Shown piece by piece: positions 17,836 to 19,412 of a stretch of 19,412 nucleotides of DNA. A model generated the notes under the pieces. That model searched no databases, was not told where the DNA came from, and saw only the letters and a list, made by a program, of their open reading frames with translations. The first letter of the stretch is position 1. Each line of letters starts with the position of its first letter. The stretch is taken from assembly GCA_051859245.1 (NCBI GenBank), contig JBHYGA010000011.1:1-19412 (forward strand). The letters are read 5' to 3'. Both the position numbers and the translations under genes were made by a program. The stretch is from Gemmatimonadaceae bacterium (GTDB lineage Bacteria; Gemmatimonadota; Gemmatimonadetes; Gemmatimonadales; Gemmatimonadaceae).

Positions 17836-19110
17836 CTATTGCAGGGCGTAACGTTGCAGATACTGCAGGTCGTCCTCGTCGCTGCGAATGGTGTACACCA
17901 CACCTTTGCCAAACCCGGCGATACTGGTGCGAGGCGGAAACACCACCTGCCCCACGTGCTTTCCTGTCCCGTCGAACACATCAAAGCGCGGCGACTTGTC
18001 ATTTGCGGCCCGGTAGCGGCCCACCCAGATCTGTCCGTTCGGGAGCGCGTGAACCTGCCCACTCTCGAACGCCGGCATGACCGCCGGCCACTCGCTGGGT
18101 TCATCCTGCTGCACTCTCGCGGGCGCGGACGAACTGCGCACTGCACCGCCGGCGCCCACCTCACGCGTCATGGCAATCGCCATCGGAGCGTTCGCCGAGC
18201 GCGCGTCACGCCACGCCTGCTTTTCCGCCTCCGTCACCTTGATCGGGGTGTAGCGAACCGGTTGCCCGCGTGTGGGCGCGCCCTTGCCGGCCGCCGGATA
18301 CACCTCAACGTGATAGTCCGACGTGCGCACCACAGCCACACGACCATCCGGGAACACGGTCCAGCCGTCCTGCGCCGAAAACGGTGTACCGCCCACACGA
18401 ATACTGACGTTCTGATTCCCGGCACGTCCGGAGGTGTTCACGCTGGCCGCGTTCTTGGGCAGCTGAAGCCAGGCAATCGTATCGGCCGTCGCGCTCGCTC
18501 GACGCATGCGCGTAATCGGCAGGCTGTCCGCCGACTTCGGGCCATCCGGACCCACCACGAGCGGCGAGCCAGTGAGATACAACCGTCCCTGCGCATCGGA
18601 CGCACGCGCCGACATGAGCGACATGGCGCCGCCAAGTCCTCCAACCGTAAACGTGCGCGCGCCTCCCTCGCCGCGCGGCGCAACGGTCACCGGCGGCCGA
18701 GGACCCTCGGGCTCATCGTTCGCCGGTGACCAGGTGCCCGCAAGTTTGCCGCCCGGGCCGAGCATCAGAAAGCGCGAGTTGAGCGGATCAAAAATCATGG
18801 TGCTGTCGCCCGGCAACGCAAACGCCGTGGCCGGCATCTGGTACTCATTGGGACCCGAGCCCGTGCGACCGATTGGCGTAGCACGCCCTGTTTTGAAATC
18901 AATGATCTGCACCACTTTGTCGCGTGGATCCGTGACGATCACACGACCGTCAGCCAGCTCGCGTACGCCGCGCAGCGACGTGAACGGCTCAGCGTGTTCA
19001 GCCAGTGGTTTGCTGTAGGTACGAGTCGGCAATTGCGCCTGCAACGGGGTAGCGGGCCACATGAGCCCCGCTACACTGGCGGCCGTGGCCGCACCAAGGA
19101 GTCGCATCAT
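17836..19110 (-). CDS. Secreted six-bladed beta-propeller-like protein
   Basis: Signal peptide from ATG 19110 (MMRLLGAATAASVAGLMWPATPLQA-Q); blade motifs ELADGRVIVTD, IGRTGSGPNEYQMP and FDVFDGTGKHVGQV. Confidence 0.8.
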   Translation of the reverse strand: MMRLLGAATAASVAGLMWPATPLQAQLPTRTYSKPLAEHAEPFTSLRGVRELADGRVIVTDPRDKVVQIIDFKTGRATPIGRTGSGPNEYQMPATAFALPGDSTMIFDPLNSRFLMLGPGGKLAGTWSPANDEPEGPRPPVTVAPRGEGGARTFTVGGLGGAMSLMSARASDAQGRLYLTGSPLVVGPDGPKSADSLPITRMRRASATADTIAWLQLPKNAASVNTSGRAGNQNVSIRVGGTPFSAQDGWTVFPDGRVAVVRTSDYHVEVYPAAGKGAPTRGQPVRYTPIKVTEAEKQAWRDARSANAPMAIAMTREVGAGGAVRSSSAPARVQQDEPSEWPAVMPAFESGQVHALPNGQIWVGRYRAANDKSPRFDVFDGTGKHVGQVVFPPRTSIAGFGKGVVYTIRSDEDDLQYLQRYALQ

Positions 19111-19342
19111 GGTGGTATTGGTTGAGCGGTGAGAACGGCAAATGCCGGGAGTGTGCCATTTGGTCACGCCGCAACCGGCCACGGTTGCCGGTGCGTGATG
19201 AACCGCATCAGCGTTTGAAGATCGCGCCAGCGTAAACGGCCGCTTCGATGAGCAGCGCGAGGATCGCGAGGCCAAGAAATGTGCGGACCAGCCATTTGGG
19301 CGGTCCGGAGATTGGTTCGGGCATCAAGAACTATACACAGTA

Positions 19343-19412
19343 GCAGTTGCAGTTCCTGATTCGGTCATTCGGCCCCTGTGAAGGAGCCCACGGCCATTCG
19401 GCCTTTCGGCCT
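19343..19412. repeat. Left arm of palindromic element (copy 4, truncated by window end)
   Basis: GCAGTT-GCAGTTCCTGATTCGGTCATTCGGCC-CCTGTGAAG-GAGCCCACGGCCATTCGGCCTTTCGGCCT. Confidence 0.92.

Overview
GC-rich bacterial chromosomal window. The gene set and style (SusC/SusD pair, short RpoD-type sigma factor, secreted beta-propeller) suggest Gemmatimonadota, which is an inference. Minus-strand genes: a putative outer-membrane beta-barrel protein, an F1-only ATP synthase cluster (atpA-G-D-C), an AraC-family regulator, a NUDIX hydrolase with a long low-complexity N-terminus, an MlaF-like ABC ATPase, a sigma-70 factor, a SusD/SusC pair, a small membrane protein and a secreted beta-propeller protein. 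Plus strand: a five-tRNA operon (Ala-GGC, Gly-GCC, Val-GAC, Arg-ACG, Pro-CGG) and a two-gene islet encoding a HEXXHXXGXXH lipoprotein and a secreted protein. The most striking unexplained feature is a dispersed family of ~230-240 nt intergenic palindromic elements, with four copies at 1-72, ~7249-7485, ~12238-12483 and 19343-19412. They have ~90-nt inverted arms, a variable centre and AACTGC-type hexamer tails. Their arms co-vary and their G-U-compatible mismatches favour one strand. No transposase or nuclease gene for them is present in the window. A Rex/CRP-type palindromic operator lies upstream of atpA.
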